Shown piece by piece: positions 17,784-28,900 of a stretch of DNA of 54,570 nt. The notes under the pieces are model-generated. The model had not been told where the DNA came from. It worked only from the letters and a program-made list of their open reading frames with translations, and did no database searches. The translations under genes were made by a program, and so were the position numbers. Each line of letters begins with the position of its first letter. Position 1 is the stretch's first letter. Origin of the DNA: a virus (Duplodnaviria; Caudoviricetes); IMG/VR virus record IMGVR_UViG_3300036851_000237, positions 1-54,570 of that record; one strand, written 5' to 3'.

Positions 17784-18275
17784 ATGTCCTACGCGACCAT
17801 CGATAACGTCATCAACCGCTACAAGCCCATCCAGACGATGATCGGGGTGGGCTCGTATCAGGTGACGTCTGCCGAGGTGGCGTCCAGCTTCATCGCGGAT
17901 GCCGAGTCGTTCATCGATGCCTATCTCGCCGCCCGCTACGTGGTGCCGGTCCCTGCCACGCCTCTCGTCACCCAGCTCGCCTCCGATCTCGCCGTCTTCA
18001 ACATGGCGGTCGAGAAACTGCCGGAAGTGCCGGACTTCATGCAGGCGCGCTATGACCGCTGCCTGAAAACCCTGGAGATGCTGCGCGACGGCAAGATGTT
18101 CTTGTCGAGCGCCACCGTCACCACGTCGGGCGACCAAGAGGCGTGGTCGACGACGCAAGACTATCATCCCGTGTTCTCGCCGGTCCTCGATCCCATCGAC
18201 CAAGCGGCCGACATCGACCGGGTTGAAGCCGATCAGGATGCGCGCTCCGATGACGGCATTCCCGAGCTGACCTGA
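17784..18275 (+). CDS. Head-tail adaptor (Mu gp36 / DUF1320-like)
   Basis: MSYAT...AESFIDAYLAARYVVP...RYDRCLKTLEMLRDGK. Confidence 0.85.
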   Translation: MSYATIDNVINRYKPIQTMIGVGSYQVTSAEVASSFIADAESFIDAYLAARYVVPVPATPLVTQLASDLAVFNMAVEKLPEVPDFMQARYDRCLKTLEMLRDGKMFLSSATVTTSGDQEAWSTTQDYHPVFSPVLDPIDQAADIDRVEADQDARSDDGIPELT

Positions 18276-18871
18276 TGGCCGTTACCGTCGTCGGCCTGGA
18301 TAACCTACGCGGCGCACTCAGCGAGCTGGAGGTTGCTTTCGGCGACGGCGCGCGGGGGCGCCGGCAATTGCTGACCCGCCTCACGCGCGCGTTCCGTGAC
18401 GCGACGCGCAACAACATCAGCCGCCAATCGGGCAACGGCGTGAGCTGGAAACGGCTGTCCAACTGGACCGTCGCCAAGACCGGGCGGCGCAAGGCGCTCA
18501 TCACGCTGCGCGACCGGATCAAAACCCAAGTCAATAAGAACGCGGGCATTGTGTATTTCGAACAGGACCACCCGCGTTGGAACCTGACGATGCACCACAA
18601 GGGGTTTACGTCGCGGGCCGTCAAGGGCAAGCGCATGTCGATTCCGATCCGCTTCCCCGCCATCAATATCGCCGGCCGGACGCGCAACCTCGTTTCGACC
18701 AACGACGCGCTCGGCTCCCGGCTGGTGATCACCAAGCGTAAGGCGTCCGTGATCCCGCCGCGCCCGGTCTGGCCCGAGGGCAAAGAGGCAGGGCAGCTCG
18801 TCAACAAGGGGCTGCAGGACTACCTCGCCTTTGTCCGCCGGCAGATCACCTTGGGGAGGCGGTCCTCATGA
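18275..18871 (+). CDS. Neck / virion morphogenesis protein (Mu gpG-like)
   Basis: Basic; GVSWKRLS, HHKG, IPPRP. Confidence 0.7.
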   Translation: MAVTVVGLDNLRGALSELEVAFGDGARGRRQLLTRLTRAFRDATRNNISRQSGNGVSWKRLSNWTVAKTGRRKALITLRDRIKTQVNKNAGIVYFEQDHPRWNLTMHHKGFTSRAVKGKRMSIPIRFPAINIAGRTRNLVSTNDALGSRLVITKRKASVIPPRPVWPEGKEAGQLVNKGLQDYLAFVRRQITLGRRSS

Positions 18872-19299
18872 TCGACTTTGACGGCGTTGGTGAGACGATT
18901 ACGACTCGAATCCGCGACACCGTAACGGGATTCAAATCGGTCCATTATGAGGCCGACGAACGCGATTTCCATTTCGCCAACATGCCCATGTGCAATGTCG
19001 AAATCGAGTCGCAAGACCCGTCGATCCGCGCCGGCCAGGATTACGTGACCGAGACGACCTACCTTGTCCGGGTGGTCACGTTCGATCTCTCGTCCTACAA
19101 GGCGGCCTCGCTGTTGCGCTCAAGCCTTTTGAAATCCACCCAAAATGCCGTGCGCGCGAGTCCTTTGCTTCATGTGGATTTGGAGAGTATAGTCCTGGGG
19201 CCAGCAGTGTTTTCGAAGGCGATAGACGAAAAGACGGGCGCCTGGGAGTGCTGGGCGGCGTTCCAAGTCCGGTGTATCGCCTACTCGGATAGGAGCTAG
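18868..19299 (+). CDS. Putative tail terminator
   Basis: Size and position directly before the tail tube. Confidence 0.55.
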   Translation: MIDFDGVGETITTRIRDTVTGFKSVHYEADERDFHFANMPMCNVEIESQDPSIRAGQDYVTETTYLVRVVTFDLSSYKAASLLRSSLLKSTQNAVRASPLLHVDLESIVLGPAVFSKAIDEKTGAWECWAAFQVRCIAYSDRS

Positions 19300-19304
19300 A
19301 GACA

Positions 19305-20366
19305 ATGCCGAGCGGTTCCGGCGGTCAAATCGCCTTTTACAAGTCCTCGTCGCTCTACGTCGCGGTCGGCTCAACTGACCGCTGGACGAATTTTGTGTCC
19401 GAGAGCATCGAGCACAATCTCGAAGAGCTGGAAGAGGGCGCGATCACCGGCCGCTTCGACGCGCCCCCCTCGCACAAGGGCATCGACTTCGCCCAAGGCG
19501 ACATCGTTTTCGAGCCGAACCCCAACGCCATCGGCAACCCGATGATGGGGCTCTATGGCACGCTGACGACCTCGCTGTTGTGCGCCGCCGGCTCGACCGG
19601 CGCCAACTCCGGGAGCCACGCCGGCCACGCGGCCTACTGGCATCAGTTCACCCCCCGCACATCGGCTTTTGACGAGTTCTCGTTTCAAGAGCCGTGGGGG
19701 ATCATGGTCTATAAGGATGTCGGCTCTGCCTTCATGGCCGAGGGCGCCATCTTCACCGGCCTGGAAATGGCCTTCCCCGCCGGCCAGCTCGTCGGCGCCA
19801 CCGCCAACATCATGGCGCGCAAGGTCAGCCGCAAGGCGCGCATCGCCGCGGTGCAGTCGCTCGTGTCCTCGGGCGGGCGCCCGTGGGTGTGGGATATGGC
19901 CTCGGTGCAGGTTTCGTCTGGCGTGACCGGCTCCAATTCGCTCGTCGCCAATACGAATTTTGAGTCCATCTCGGTCAACTTCCAGGCCGCGCATGAGGGC
20001 GTTGTCCTCCTGGACGGCAACAAGAACTATGCCGAGTTCCAGCGCAACGACTTCCGCCGCGTCGAGATCAGCGGCACGCTGTCGTTCCGCAACCAGCAGG
20101 AATATGACGCCTTTGTCGCCTACGAAAGCCGCTTCCTGCGGATCACGGCGCGCAACGTCAATTCGCAAATCCTGCTGGGCAACGTCGCCTCGGCCTTCTA
20201 CTACACCGTCACGCTCAATATCCCGTCCATGAAGTTCCTGTCGTGGTCGGCGCCGATCACCGGCCCGAACCGGATCATCGCGAATTTCCGCGCCAAGGCC
20301 GAATACAGCGAGACGGACGGCTATATGATCCGCGCTGAGCTGATCAACGTCACGTCTGGCTACTAG
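19305..20366 (+). CDS. Major tail tube protein
   Basis: FVSESIE, VEISGTLSF; position before chaperone and tape measure; no sheath gene found. Confidence 0.8.
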   Translation: MPSGSGGQIAFYKSSSLYVAVGSTDRWTNFVSESIEHNLEELEEGAITGRFDAPPSHKGIDFAQGDIVFEPNPNAIGNPMMGLYGTLTTSLLCAAGSTGANSGSHAGHAAYWHQFTPRTSAFDEFSFQEPWGIMVYKDVGSAFMAEGAIFTGLEMAFPAGQLVGATANIMARKVSRKARIAAVQSLVSSGGRPWVWDMASVQVSSGVTGSNSLVANTNFESISVNFQAAHEGVVLLDGNKNYAEFQRNDFRRVEISGTLSFRNQQEYDAFVAYESRFLRITARNVNSQILLGNVASAFYYTVTLNIPSMKFLSWSAPITGPNRIIANFRAKAEYSETDGYMIRAELINVTSGY

Positions 20367-20413
20367 TCCGATCATCAATCCGGGGGCATGGAGATAATCC
20401 GCCATGAGATTTC

Positions 20414-20818
20414 ATGCGTGTGCAGTTCTCCAAGTGCGTGGCCTACGTTCCTGATTGGAACGACAACAAGGCGCTACCGGAAGCGGAGCGCGTCACTACC
20501 AAGCTGAATGTCCTGGCGATGGGCGACCTTCTGTTGCTCATGGACACGTTTCAGAAGCAAGGCATCGAGGGCAAGGTCGACAGCGACTCCCTCGCCAGCG
20601 TCAATCTCAGCCCCATCCTGAATCAGGTCGGGACGCTGGTCCCGAAATACTGCCAGATCAGCGGCCTGTCCTGGGAGGATGGGAGCCCCGTCTCGGCGGA
20701 TGACGTCGCCTCGGTCCCGAACTTCCTTCATCTCGCGGCCGAGCTGCTGATGAAGCTCGCCGAGATTTCGACGCCATCCGAGGCCGACGAAAAAAACTTG
20801 AACGCGCCGCGGAGCTAG
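20414..20818 (+). CDS. Tail assembly chaperone (gpG-like)
   Basis: Between tube and TMP; ends EKN over a slippery site. Confidence 0.8.
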   Translation: MRVQFSKCVAYVPDWNDNKALPEAERVTTKLNVLAMGDLLLLMDTFQKQGIEGKVDSDSLASVNLSPILNQVGTLVPKYCQISGLSWEDGSPVSADDVASVPNFLHLAAELLMKLAEISTPSEADEKNLNAPRS

Positions 20819-21051
20819 GGGCAGACCCGCTCGGCGCGACCCTTGTCAGCCGCCTCGATACGTCGCAACGGACCTGCGTTTTTTATCTATCCTGGTTCTC
20901 CCGGCTCTACCGCCAGGGGGAAGCAGGGTTCTACAGCTACCAAACCCCTGATAACCGCCCTATAATCTCGCAGGACGCATATTTCTGGCGGGCCTTGGAA
21001 ATTATCTGTTCCCGCCGAAATGTCCTGCTTGAGCGGCAGCGGAGTCGGTAA
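20791..21051 (+). CDS. -1 programmed frameshift extension (gpGT-like); slippery site A AAA AAC at 20791-20797
   Basis: -1 frame open for about 85 codons (LERAAELGADP...LLERQRSR), stop TAA at 21049-21051 overlapping the TMP ATG. Confidence 0.8.
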   Translation, partial: KKLERAAELGADPLGATLVSRLDTSQRTCVFYLSWFSRLYRQGEAGFYSYQTPDNRPIISQDAYFWRALEIICSRRNVLLERQRSR

Positions 21052-24000
21052 TGGCGATTTTTGACGTCGGCATCATCATCACGGCGCTCAATCGAGCCGC
21101 CGCGCCGCTGCGCGACGTCAACCGCCAGCTCGTCACCATGGAGCGCAACGCCCAGCGCGCGCACCGCGGCATGCGCGCCATTGACGTGGTGCTCGCCGGC
21201 ATCGCCACCGGCACCGCCACGGCGCTGGTCAAGAAGCTCGTCGAGGTCGCGGCCGAGACTGAGAATTTGCGCCTGCGCTTCGGCGTGCTGTTCCGCGACG
21301 TCGACCGCGGCGTCAGCGTCTTCAAGCAGCTCCAGCAGGCTTTCGAGCGCTCGCCCATCGACATCAACGCCACCGCCGATGCGTTCGTGCGCCTCAAATC
21401 CGCCGGCATCGACGCGGCGTTTGAGTCCACCAAAGCGCTCACGGATGCCGTGGTCGCGTTCGGCGGCTCGACGAACGAGTTCAAGCGCGCCAGCCTCGCC
21501 TTGGGACAGATCGCCGGCAAGGGCACGCTGCAGATGGAAGAGTTGCGGCAGCAGTTGGGCGAGGCCGTGCCCACCGCGGCGCGCATTCTCGCCGACGAAC
21601 TCGGCATCTCGACCGCCAAGCTGTTCCAGCAAATCTCCCGGGGCCAAATCGACGCGACCACCGCGCTTGAGAATCTGCGCCGCGGCTTCGAAAAGAACTT
21701 CGGCGGCATCACGGACACCCTCGGCCGCGGCCTGACGGGCACGATGCAGCGCATCCGCAACGTCGTGACGCAGACCATCGACCGCATTTTCAACGATACG
21801 AGCCTGGGTACCAAGCTGGCCATCGTCTTCGACCGCATCGCGGATGCGATCAAGCGCTGGGGCGAGAGCATCACGGAAGCGGACATTGACCGCTTCTTTG
21901 TGATGCTGACGAATTTCGCGCGCGTGGCCGAGGGCGTGTTGCGCGCACTCTATGACATCGGTCGCGCGCTCCTGGCGGTCGCCAATGCGGTTGCGGCCGT
22001 CATCGGCGTGACCGGCGCCGAAGTCCTGACCTATGGCATCGTCGGCCTGCTGTTTTTTGGCAAGGCCGGGTTCATCATCGGCACTGCCATCGGCGTTGCG
22101 GTCAAGGTGGCCGATGCGTTCAATGGCGCCGTCGTCAAAATGGGCGGCGCGGTCAAGACCCTGTTGGATCGTTTCGGCGCGGCGGCCGAGTTCGGCCTCA
22201 TCGGCGGGCTGCTGCTGGGGCCGCAGGGCTTCATCATCGCTACCGTCGTCGCCTACGTGCTTGACGGCCTGCTATCGGCGATCCGCGACTTTGTGCTGAC
22301 GGCGGCGAAGATCGTTGGCGCATCCGATTTCGCGAAGGATGTCGAAGACCTGTTCGGCAAGTCGGGCTCGTCGCTCCTGAAAAAGTCGCTCGACGATATT
22401 CACGGCGCGATTGGCGGGCTCTGGAGTGAAAGCGCGAATCGGGGGTCGCTGACCGATAGCCTGATCGGGACGCCCGAAGAGATCGCCGAGCGCAAGAAGT
22501 CCATCGCCGACACGATCAAGGCTGTCCGCGAACAGCAGACCAAGATCGAACTCAGCGTTGCCGGCGAGAACGCGGCCACCCAGCTCGGGCGGCTGGAGGA
22601 TCGCATTCAGCAAACACTGGCCGGGTCGATCTCGCTGCCGTTCGAGTCCACGGTCGAGAATTTCCGCAACGATCTTAAGGAGATCGACAATCTCATTGCG
22701 GCGGAACGACGCCGGCTCGCGGATGCGATCTCGAATTTCGGCGAAACCGATCCGATCTTTGCGAAACTTGCGGCGGGCGTCGCCGACCTCGAAGCCATGC
22801 GGGAGGCTGCGCAAGGGCTGGTCGCCGCCTTCCGAGCCTCGGAACTCAAAAAGTTTGCCGACGAATTGCAGCGCGATCTTGGCCGCGTGCAAGATCAGCT
22901 CACCACCATCAACCACGACCTCATCGGCGACGAGGCCGGCGAGGCGATTGCGCGGATCAACCAGCAGTTTAACGAGCGCGGGCGCGAGCTGCAAAAGCAG
23001 GTCGACCAAGCCGCCCGGCTTGTCGCGCTCGACGGGTCGCGCCAGAAGATTCTCGATAGCGCGAACGCGGCCGTTGCCGACAACAACCGCCTGCGCGAGA
23101 AGTCCATCGAGATTCAGAAGCGGCTCAATGATCTGATCGTCGAACGCAAGGGGCTTGAGTCCAAGGCCGCCGTCCTGCAGTCCGATGCCGAGCTGCGCGA
23201 TCTGTCGCGGCGCTTCCGAGAGGGCTTCGCCGCGGCGTTCTCCAGCGACTTTGTTGACGAGGCCGAGCGGCTGCAAGACGAGTTTGGCGCCAAGATCATC
23301 CAGCTCAATTTGGATATCAACAAGCTGTTGCAGGCTCGGGAAAAGGCGAGCGAGACAGACAAGCGCCTCATCGACGAACAGATCGGTGCCATCGAACGGC
23401 TGCGCGAGAAATATGGCGAGCTGCGCGGGCGCGTGGATGCGTTCGCGCTCGTGACCGAAGAGACGATGCGCAAGGTCGGGCAGGCGATCACGGACTCGCT
23501 TGTCGACGCCATCGACGGGTTTGTTTCCGGCACCAAGTCGGCGAAAGATGTGCTCAATGACTTCTACCGCACGGCCAACAAGCTGGCGATTGAGTACCTG
23601 TTGAACCTCGCCAAGATCGAATTGCAGCAGAAGGCAATCGGGACGGCGGGCAGCAGTGCCGGCAGCGGGGGCGGCGGGGCGGGCTTCTTCGGCATGCTTG
23701 CCGGCCTGTTTAGCGGCGGCGCCGGCAGCGGCGCTGCGGCGGGCTCGGCGACCGGCATTGATATGAGCGCTGGCTTTCTGGGCGCGGTCGCGCGCGGCGG
23801 CGCGTTCCGCGGCCGTGTCAAGCCGTTCGCCAGTGGCGGCATCGTCAACGGTCCCATGATGTTCGGGCTGATGGGCGAGGCCGGCGAGGAAGCCATCATG
23901 CCGCTCGGGCGCGACCGGCGCGGCCGGCTGGGCGTGCGCGGCGGCGGCGGCGATCAGTTCCATATCAACATCACAGCGGTCGACGGGCCGGGCGTGCGCG

Positions 24001-24083
24001 ATCTCTTCATGCGCGAGGGCTCGGCGCTGGTCGAATCGCTCACCCATCGTATGCGCCTCAATCGCGGGATGCGCACCACATGA
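21051..24083 (+). CDS. Tape measure protein
   Basis: ALGQIAGKGTLQMEELRQQLGE; C-terminal FASGGIV...MGEAGEEAIMPL. Confidence 0.93.
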   Translation: MAIFDVGIIITALNRAAAPLRDVNRQLVTMERNAQRAHRGMRAIDVVLAGIATGTATALVKKLVEVAAETENLRLRFGVLFRDVDRGVSVFKQLQQAFERSPIDINATADAFVRLKSAGIDAAFESTKALTDAVVAFGGSTNEFKRASLALGQIAGKGTLQMEELRQQLGEAVPTAARILADELGISTAKLFQQISRGQIDATTALENLRRGFEKNFGGITDTLGRGLTGTMQRIRNVVTQTIDRIFNDTSLGTKLAIVFDRIADAIKRWGESITEADIDRFFVMLTNFARVAEGVLRALYDIGRALLAVANAVAAVIGVTGAEVLTYGIVGLLFFGKAGFIIGTAIGVAVKVADAFNGAVVKMGGAVKTLLDRFGAAAEFGLIGGLLLGPQGFIIATVVAYVLDGLLSAIRDFVLTAAKIVGASDFAKDVEDLFGKSGSSLLKKSLDDIHGAIGGLWSESANRGSLTDSLIGTPEEIAERKKSIADTIKAVREQQTKIELSVAGENAATQLGRLEDRIQQTLAGSISLPFESTVENFRNDLKEIDNLIAAERRRLADAISNFGETDPIFAKLAAGVADLEAMREAAQGLVAAFRASELKKFADELQRDLGRVQDQLTTINHDLIGDEAGEAIARINQQFNERGRELQKQVDQAARLVALDGSRQKILDSANAAVADNNRLREKSIEIQKRLNDLIVERKGLESKAAVLQSDAELRDLSRRFREGFAAAFSSDFVDEAERLQDEFGAKIIQLNLDINKLLQAREKASETDKRLIDEQIGAIERLREKYGELRGRVDAFALVTEETMRKVGQAITDSLVDAIDGFVSGTKSAKDVLNDFYRTANKLAIEYLLNLAKIELQQKAIGTAGSSAGSGGGGAGFFGMLAGLFSGGAGSGAAAGSATGIDMSAGFLGAVARGGAFRGRVKPFASGGIVNGPMMFGLMGEAGEEAIMPLGRDRRGRLGVRGGGGDQFHINITAVDGPGVRDLFMREGSALVESLTHRMRLNRGMRTT

Positions 24084-24661
24084 GCGCCAACACGCTTCGC
24101 ATCTGGCCGGTGTCCCCGGTCCCGGCTGACCTCACGGCCAATCCGAAATGGAATGAGTCCGTGCAGCGCTATGACTCGGGCGCGCGTCAGGGCTCGACCC
24201 CCTACGTCAAGCCGCTCTACACCTACGGGGTCGGCCTCCAGAACATGCCGCTGTCCAAGGCGCAGAGCCTTCATGCCTTCTACAACACGCACCGCGCGAC
24301 CGCCTTCCCCTGGCTGTTCAAAGACCCCTATCGCAACCGCGTCAATTCGACCGTGTGCGTTCGCACGGGCACGAACCCGGCGTCCTTCTACGTCTATACC
24401 GTTGACAGCTTTTCGGTGATCCCGGAAAGCGGCTCGATCCTGATCACGTCGGCCCTGTCGGGCGCGCTGACGCAAGGATCGCACTACATCCTCAATCAGG
24501 ACAACGGGATCGTCGTCGCGAGCTTGCGGCCGACATCGGCGGATTATTGGACGGCATCGTGCTCGTATTTCAAAAAGGTGGCATTCTCGCAGGAATACGG
24601 CGAAACCTCGCGCCTCTGGGAAAACTTTTCCGGCCGCGTCGAATTTGAGGAATTGCTCTGA
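24080..24661 (+). CDS. Distal tail protein (DUF2460 / GTA-like)
   Basis: Follows TMP; DSGARQ...AFYN...WLFKDP. Confidence 0.7.
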   Translation: MSANTLRIWPVSPVPADLTANPKWNESVQRYDSGARQGSTPYVKPLYTYGVGLQNMPLSKAQSLHAFYNTHRATAFPWLFKDPYRNRVNSTVCVRTGTNPASFYVYTVDSFSVIPESGSILITSALSGALTQGSHYILNQDNGIVVASLRPTSADYWTASCSYFKKVAFSQEYGETSRLWENFSGRVEFEELL

Positions 24662-25503
24662 TGCGTACCGTGACCGGCGCACAGAGCGCGTTTTACACCG
24701 CGCTCCAAGCGGAAAAGATGGAGCTGTGCGAGCTGATCGAAATCACGACGCGCACGGGCACCTATCGCTACACAACCGCCAATCAGGCGCTCGTCAGCTC
24801 GGGCTCGATCTATGATCCGTTCCCCGGCTTGAATGCGCAGGGCGTCGAGGAAAGCACCGATCTTGGTATCGGCAATATCGCGTTCCAGATGGCCAATAGC
24901 GGGACGCTGCCCGGCGAGCTGACGAACGCGCAGGCACTTGAGCACGCGAGCATCGCTGCCTATCGCGTCTTCACGAATAGTCCCGATCTCGGGCGCTTGT
25001 ATTATTTCGATGGCAATCTGGCCGACTACATCGTTAACCGCGCCGAGATCGGCGGCCAGATTCGCAACCGGCTGAGCGGCAATCAAAACTGGCCCTATTA
25101 CAGCTACCAAGATAATTGCGCGTGGCGCTTTGGCTCGACCGGCTGCGGGATCAATACCAGCTCGTTCACCACGGCGACGAGCCTGATTGTCAGCTCCAGC
25201 ACGCGCAACATCATCCTCGCGACCAGCGGCGCACTCATCAACTCGTTCAACTTGAACGCTTTGCAGATGGGCCGCGCGACGATCACAAGCGGCGTCAACT
25301 CCGGGCAGGCGCGCGCGATTTTTGCCAACACGGGCGATCAGATCACCCTCTCCCATGCGCTGCCGTTCTCGCATGACGTGGCCGGCGTGACGTTCCAATT
25401 CACCCGCCCGTGCCGCAAGCGCTTCCTGACCGATTGCGTCAGCGTGTTCAACAACAGCTCGGCGCATCTCGGCTTCCAGTGGATTCCGAAGGAGGCGTTC
25501 TGA
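24661..25503 (+). CDS. Tail hub protein (DUF2163 / BR0599-like)
   Basis: C-x7-C and C-x6-C...FNN..HLGFQWIP. Confidence 0.8.
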   Translation: MRTVTGAQSAFYTALQAEKMELCELIEITTRTGTYRYTTANQALVSSGSIYDPFPGLNAQGVEESTDLGIGNIAFQMANSGTLPGELTNAQALEHASIAAYRVFTNSPDLGRLYYFDGNLADYIVNRAEIGGQIRNRLSGNQNWPYYSYQDNCAWRFGSTGCGINTSSFTTATSLIVSSSTRNIILATSGALINSFNLNALQMGRATITSGVNSGQARAIFANTGDQITLSHALPFSHDVAGVTFQFTRPCRKRFLTDCVSVFNNSSAHLGFQWIPKEAF

Positions 25504-25943
25504 TGGACGCCATCCTGTCGCAAAAAGTCGCGGACGAGGCTGTGACCTGGGAGGGCACACCCTATCATCACAAAGGCCGCGTGAAGAACGTCGGCGTCGA
25601 TTGCGGCGGCTTCATCTATTGCGTCTACGCGCAATTCTTGAATCTCAAGCCGTTCCCCGACTACTACGCCGAGGATTGGGCGCTGCATGGTGGCAGCGAG
25701 GAAATCTATCTCGACTTCATCGGCGATTACGTCGTGCAGTCGATGCGGCCGGTGGTCGGGGGACTTGTGCTGTTTCAGTACGGCCGGCGCTTCGCGCACG
25801 GGGCCATTTACCTGCCGAATGATCGCTACATCCACGCCTGGGGCCGCACCGGGTTCGGGTGCGTGCAGATCAGCCGGCGCGGGTTCTTTTCTACGAATGA
25901 CGGGCGTCCGCGTGCCGCCAAGTTTTTCGACGTGGTGATCTGA
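25503..25943 (+). CDS. NlpC/P60 tail-associated peptidase
   Basis: WEGTPYHH...GVDCGG...HGAI...IHA. Confidence 0.9.
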   Translation: MDAILSQKVADEAVTWEGTPYHHKGRVKNVGVDCGGFIYCVYAQFLNLKPFPDYYAEDWALHGGSEEIYLDFIGDYVVQSMRPVVGGLVLFQYGRRFAHGAIYLPNDRYIHAWGRTGFGCVQISRRGFFSTNDGRPRAAKFFDVVI

Positions 25944-28900
25944 TGGCCCAGGCCCTTCCCGTTGCCGGCTATGTCATCGGCTCGTATTTCGGGCCGGTGG
26001 GGGCTGCGGTCGGCTACCTCATCGGTAGCTGGGCGATGGCTGCGCTCACAAAAAAGAAAAACGAGATTTTCGATCCGGGCGTTCAAGAGCTGCCGCGCAT
26101 CACGTCGGCGCTGCGCGGCGCCACTATGCCGGTATTGTTCGGCACGAATCGCGTGCCCGCCAACGTCGTGTTGGAACGGAACTTCACCGCGATCCGCCAG
26201 GAAACGACCGAGGGCGGCGGCGGCAAGGGCGGCGGGTCCGGCGGCGGCAAGGGCGGCGGCGGCATCACCAATGCCAGCTACATCTACAAGATGGACTTGA
26301 TCTATCACCTGGGCATGGTGCCGGAAGCCTACCAGCTTTTCCGCGGCTGGGTTGGGCAGACGCGCATCAGCCCGCTGAGCATCTATGCCATCACCCAGCA
26401 GACGGATTCACCGGCCGCGCAATTCAATCACGACCCCGCGGACGCTTCGATTGAGTTCGAACAGGGCGTGTACTTCCCCGGCGATCACCCGGAAGATTCG
26501 CAGTGGTCGCATCTGACGAGCCTCGTGGGCGCTCCCGTCCGCTGGCCGGGGACGGCCTGGGTTGGCTTCAAGCAGCTCGGGATCGGCTCGGAGCCTGTTC
26601 GCCCGCAGTTCTCGTTTGAGATCGGACCGGGCGGTCAGCTCGCATTGAACAGCGGCATCATCGGCTATAACGAGGTCAATTCCATCAGCGATTGGGTGAC
26701 GACGAGCGCGCGGCAGGTCAGCAATTACGGTTATGTGATTGGCAATATCGGCTCAACCTGGACGGCGATTTCTGTCAGCACTGGCGCGCTCGTCTGGGAT
26801 ATGACGACCGCCGAGTTCAACACCGCTATCGTCGCGCATACCGGCGCAAGCGCCTCACTGAGCGGCATCCATTGGGGCGGGATGCTGCCGGGCGGCGAGT
26901 ATTTCGTCGCGGTGTACGTCGAGTTTGTGTCCGGCACCGTTCGCCATGACTGGTATTGCCTCTTCCAGCTTAACGCCGCGAGCGACCCCACGATTATTTC
27001 AGCCGTCAAATTCAGCAACCTCGATTACAGTGCGGAGTCTTTCAACTTCATCACCGATACGAATTATCACTTCGATATCGCCGGGGCTAAAACTTATGAC
27101 GATCCCGTCATCTGCTGGGCCGAGGGGCGGCATTTTATCCAGATGCCCTCGGTCAATTCATGGATTAGCCGCGACCTCGAAACGCTGAATGACGGCAACG
27201 TCTGTCAAGCCTCGCAGTCCTCAATCTTCGGTTCGAATTGGGGCAACATGGACGGTGCCCGCGATTCGAGCTGGTGCTGGCTCGCCCCTGTGATCAACCC
27301 CACAAGTGGGGTCGCGACCACGCGCGCCTATTATTATGTGAACAAAGACATCGTTCAAAAGAGCCCTACCGCGGTCGATCAAAATTCGTATGTGCAAAAC
27401 AATCTGGTCGGCGTGTACCCAGACGGGGCAATCATCTATCAGGACTTCGGCGTGCTGATCGATCCCGTCATCTGGTCGGATATCGGGGAATGGGGCGGCA
27501 CGATCAACGGCCAGACTCCCGGCGCGCTGATCGCCAACGCTGATTTTGTGGACGCGCAGGGCGACACGGCATTCCCGTTCGATGACGCCTACGAGAACCT
27601 TGACGGCTCAACGCCGCAAACCGGGATCAACGATTACGATACGCGCCCGTCGTTTCAGAAAATCCCTGGCGGCGTGGCGTCGGGCGCCTATCTCGCGATC
27701 TTCTGCTTGCAGTATCAGACTGAAACAAACACGACGCCGACCGGCGAATTTGTGCGCGCGCGCGCGTTCATCTACAACCCGCTCACCGCAAAATATGTCG
27801 AGTATGCTGACGCGGACGGATCGACCTTCGATCCGGTGGCGGATGCCGGCGTGGTGCCCGGTGATCGCTACAATGAGGTTTGGGGTCCGCATTGGGCGGC
27901 TGTTGATTTCAGCACCAATAGGCTGATCCGCGTCACCACCTTCGATGGGACCGGCGTTCTCAATGATACGTTTGTCGTCTCGACCTTCGGCGACATCGAG
28001 ATCACCACGGGCGATGATGTCACGCCGCCCTATATCATTCGGCAAATCCTGGTGAACTCGCTGTTCGGCGTGTACGCGGGGCAAACGAGCCTGATCGACG
28101 AAACCAGCTACGACAACGCACATAATTATTGCGTCGATGAGGGGATCAAGATTTCGGCGCAGTATCGCCGCGAAGAGAATTGGAAGGATCACGTCGAGCT
28201 GCTGCTGGCCACATATGGCGGCTATCTCGTCTACTCTGGCGGCAAGTTCAAGTTCGGGTTCTCCAGCGCCACGGGCGTCACGGGCGCCGGCTCGTCGGTC
28301 CGCACCATTGACAATGATCATCTGCTGATCACCGAAAAGGGAAAGCCGCCGGTCGATGTCCAGAAGGCCGCGCGCGAGGACACCTATAATCGCGTGCGCG
28401 TCAACTTCTTCGACCGCTCGCTCGACTATGCCCAGAACCAAGTTGAAGAGAACGATGAGGTTGACCAGGACTTGAGCGGGACCATTCGCATGCGCGAGTT
28501 CCCGCCCGTGTTTGTCATGGCCGAGACGCTGGCGCGCAAGATCACGCTGCGCACACTCTGGACCAATCTCTATATCGGCGACACCTACACGTTCAAGGTC
28601 GGCCCGAAGGATCACGATCTTGAGCCCGGCGATGTGGTGACGCTCGTCGACAGCCATTGGCCCGATCTGCGCGGCGGCCAGAAGTGCCGCATCGTCAAGT
28701 GGAAGGAAAGCAAACGGCTGGAGTTCGACGTCACCGCCATTCAAGAGATCGATACGTTTCTGACGGCGACGACATCAGTGGCGGCCACGCCGGACATTTC
28801 GAGCCGCAACTATGCGCAGCCGGCCACGCTGCCGTGGTACAGCCGCGCCTACGAGCTGCCCCAGGAATATCAGACCGAGCCGACCCTGTACGTCGGCTGG

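Noticed and set aside
10850-18871. Transposable Mu-like phage
   Set aside because: Head and neck genes are Mu-like, but no DDE transposase or MuB was found and a tyrosine integrase is present
22272-24047. Long antisense ORFs (also 15575-16810, 38400-40076, 42384-43604, 49131-50333)
   Set aside because: Shadow frames of real genes in GC-rich DNA, with no motifs
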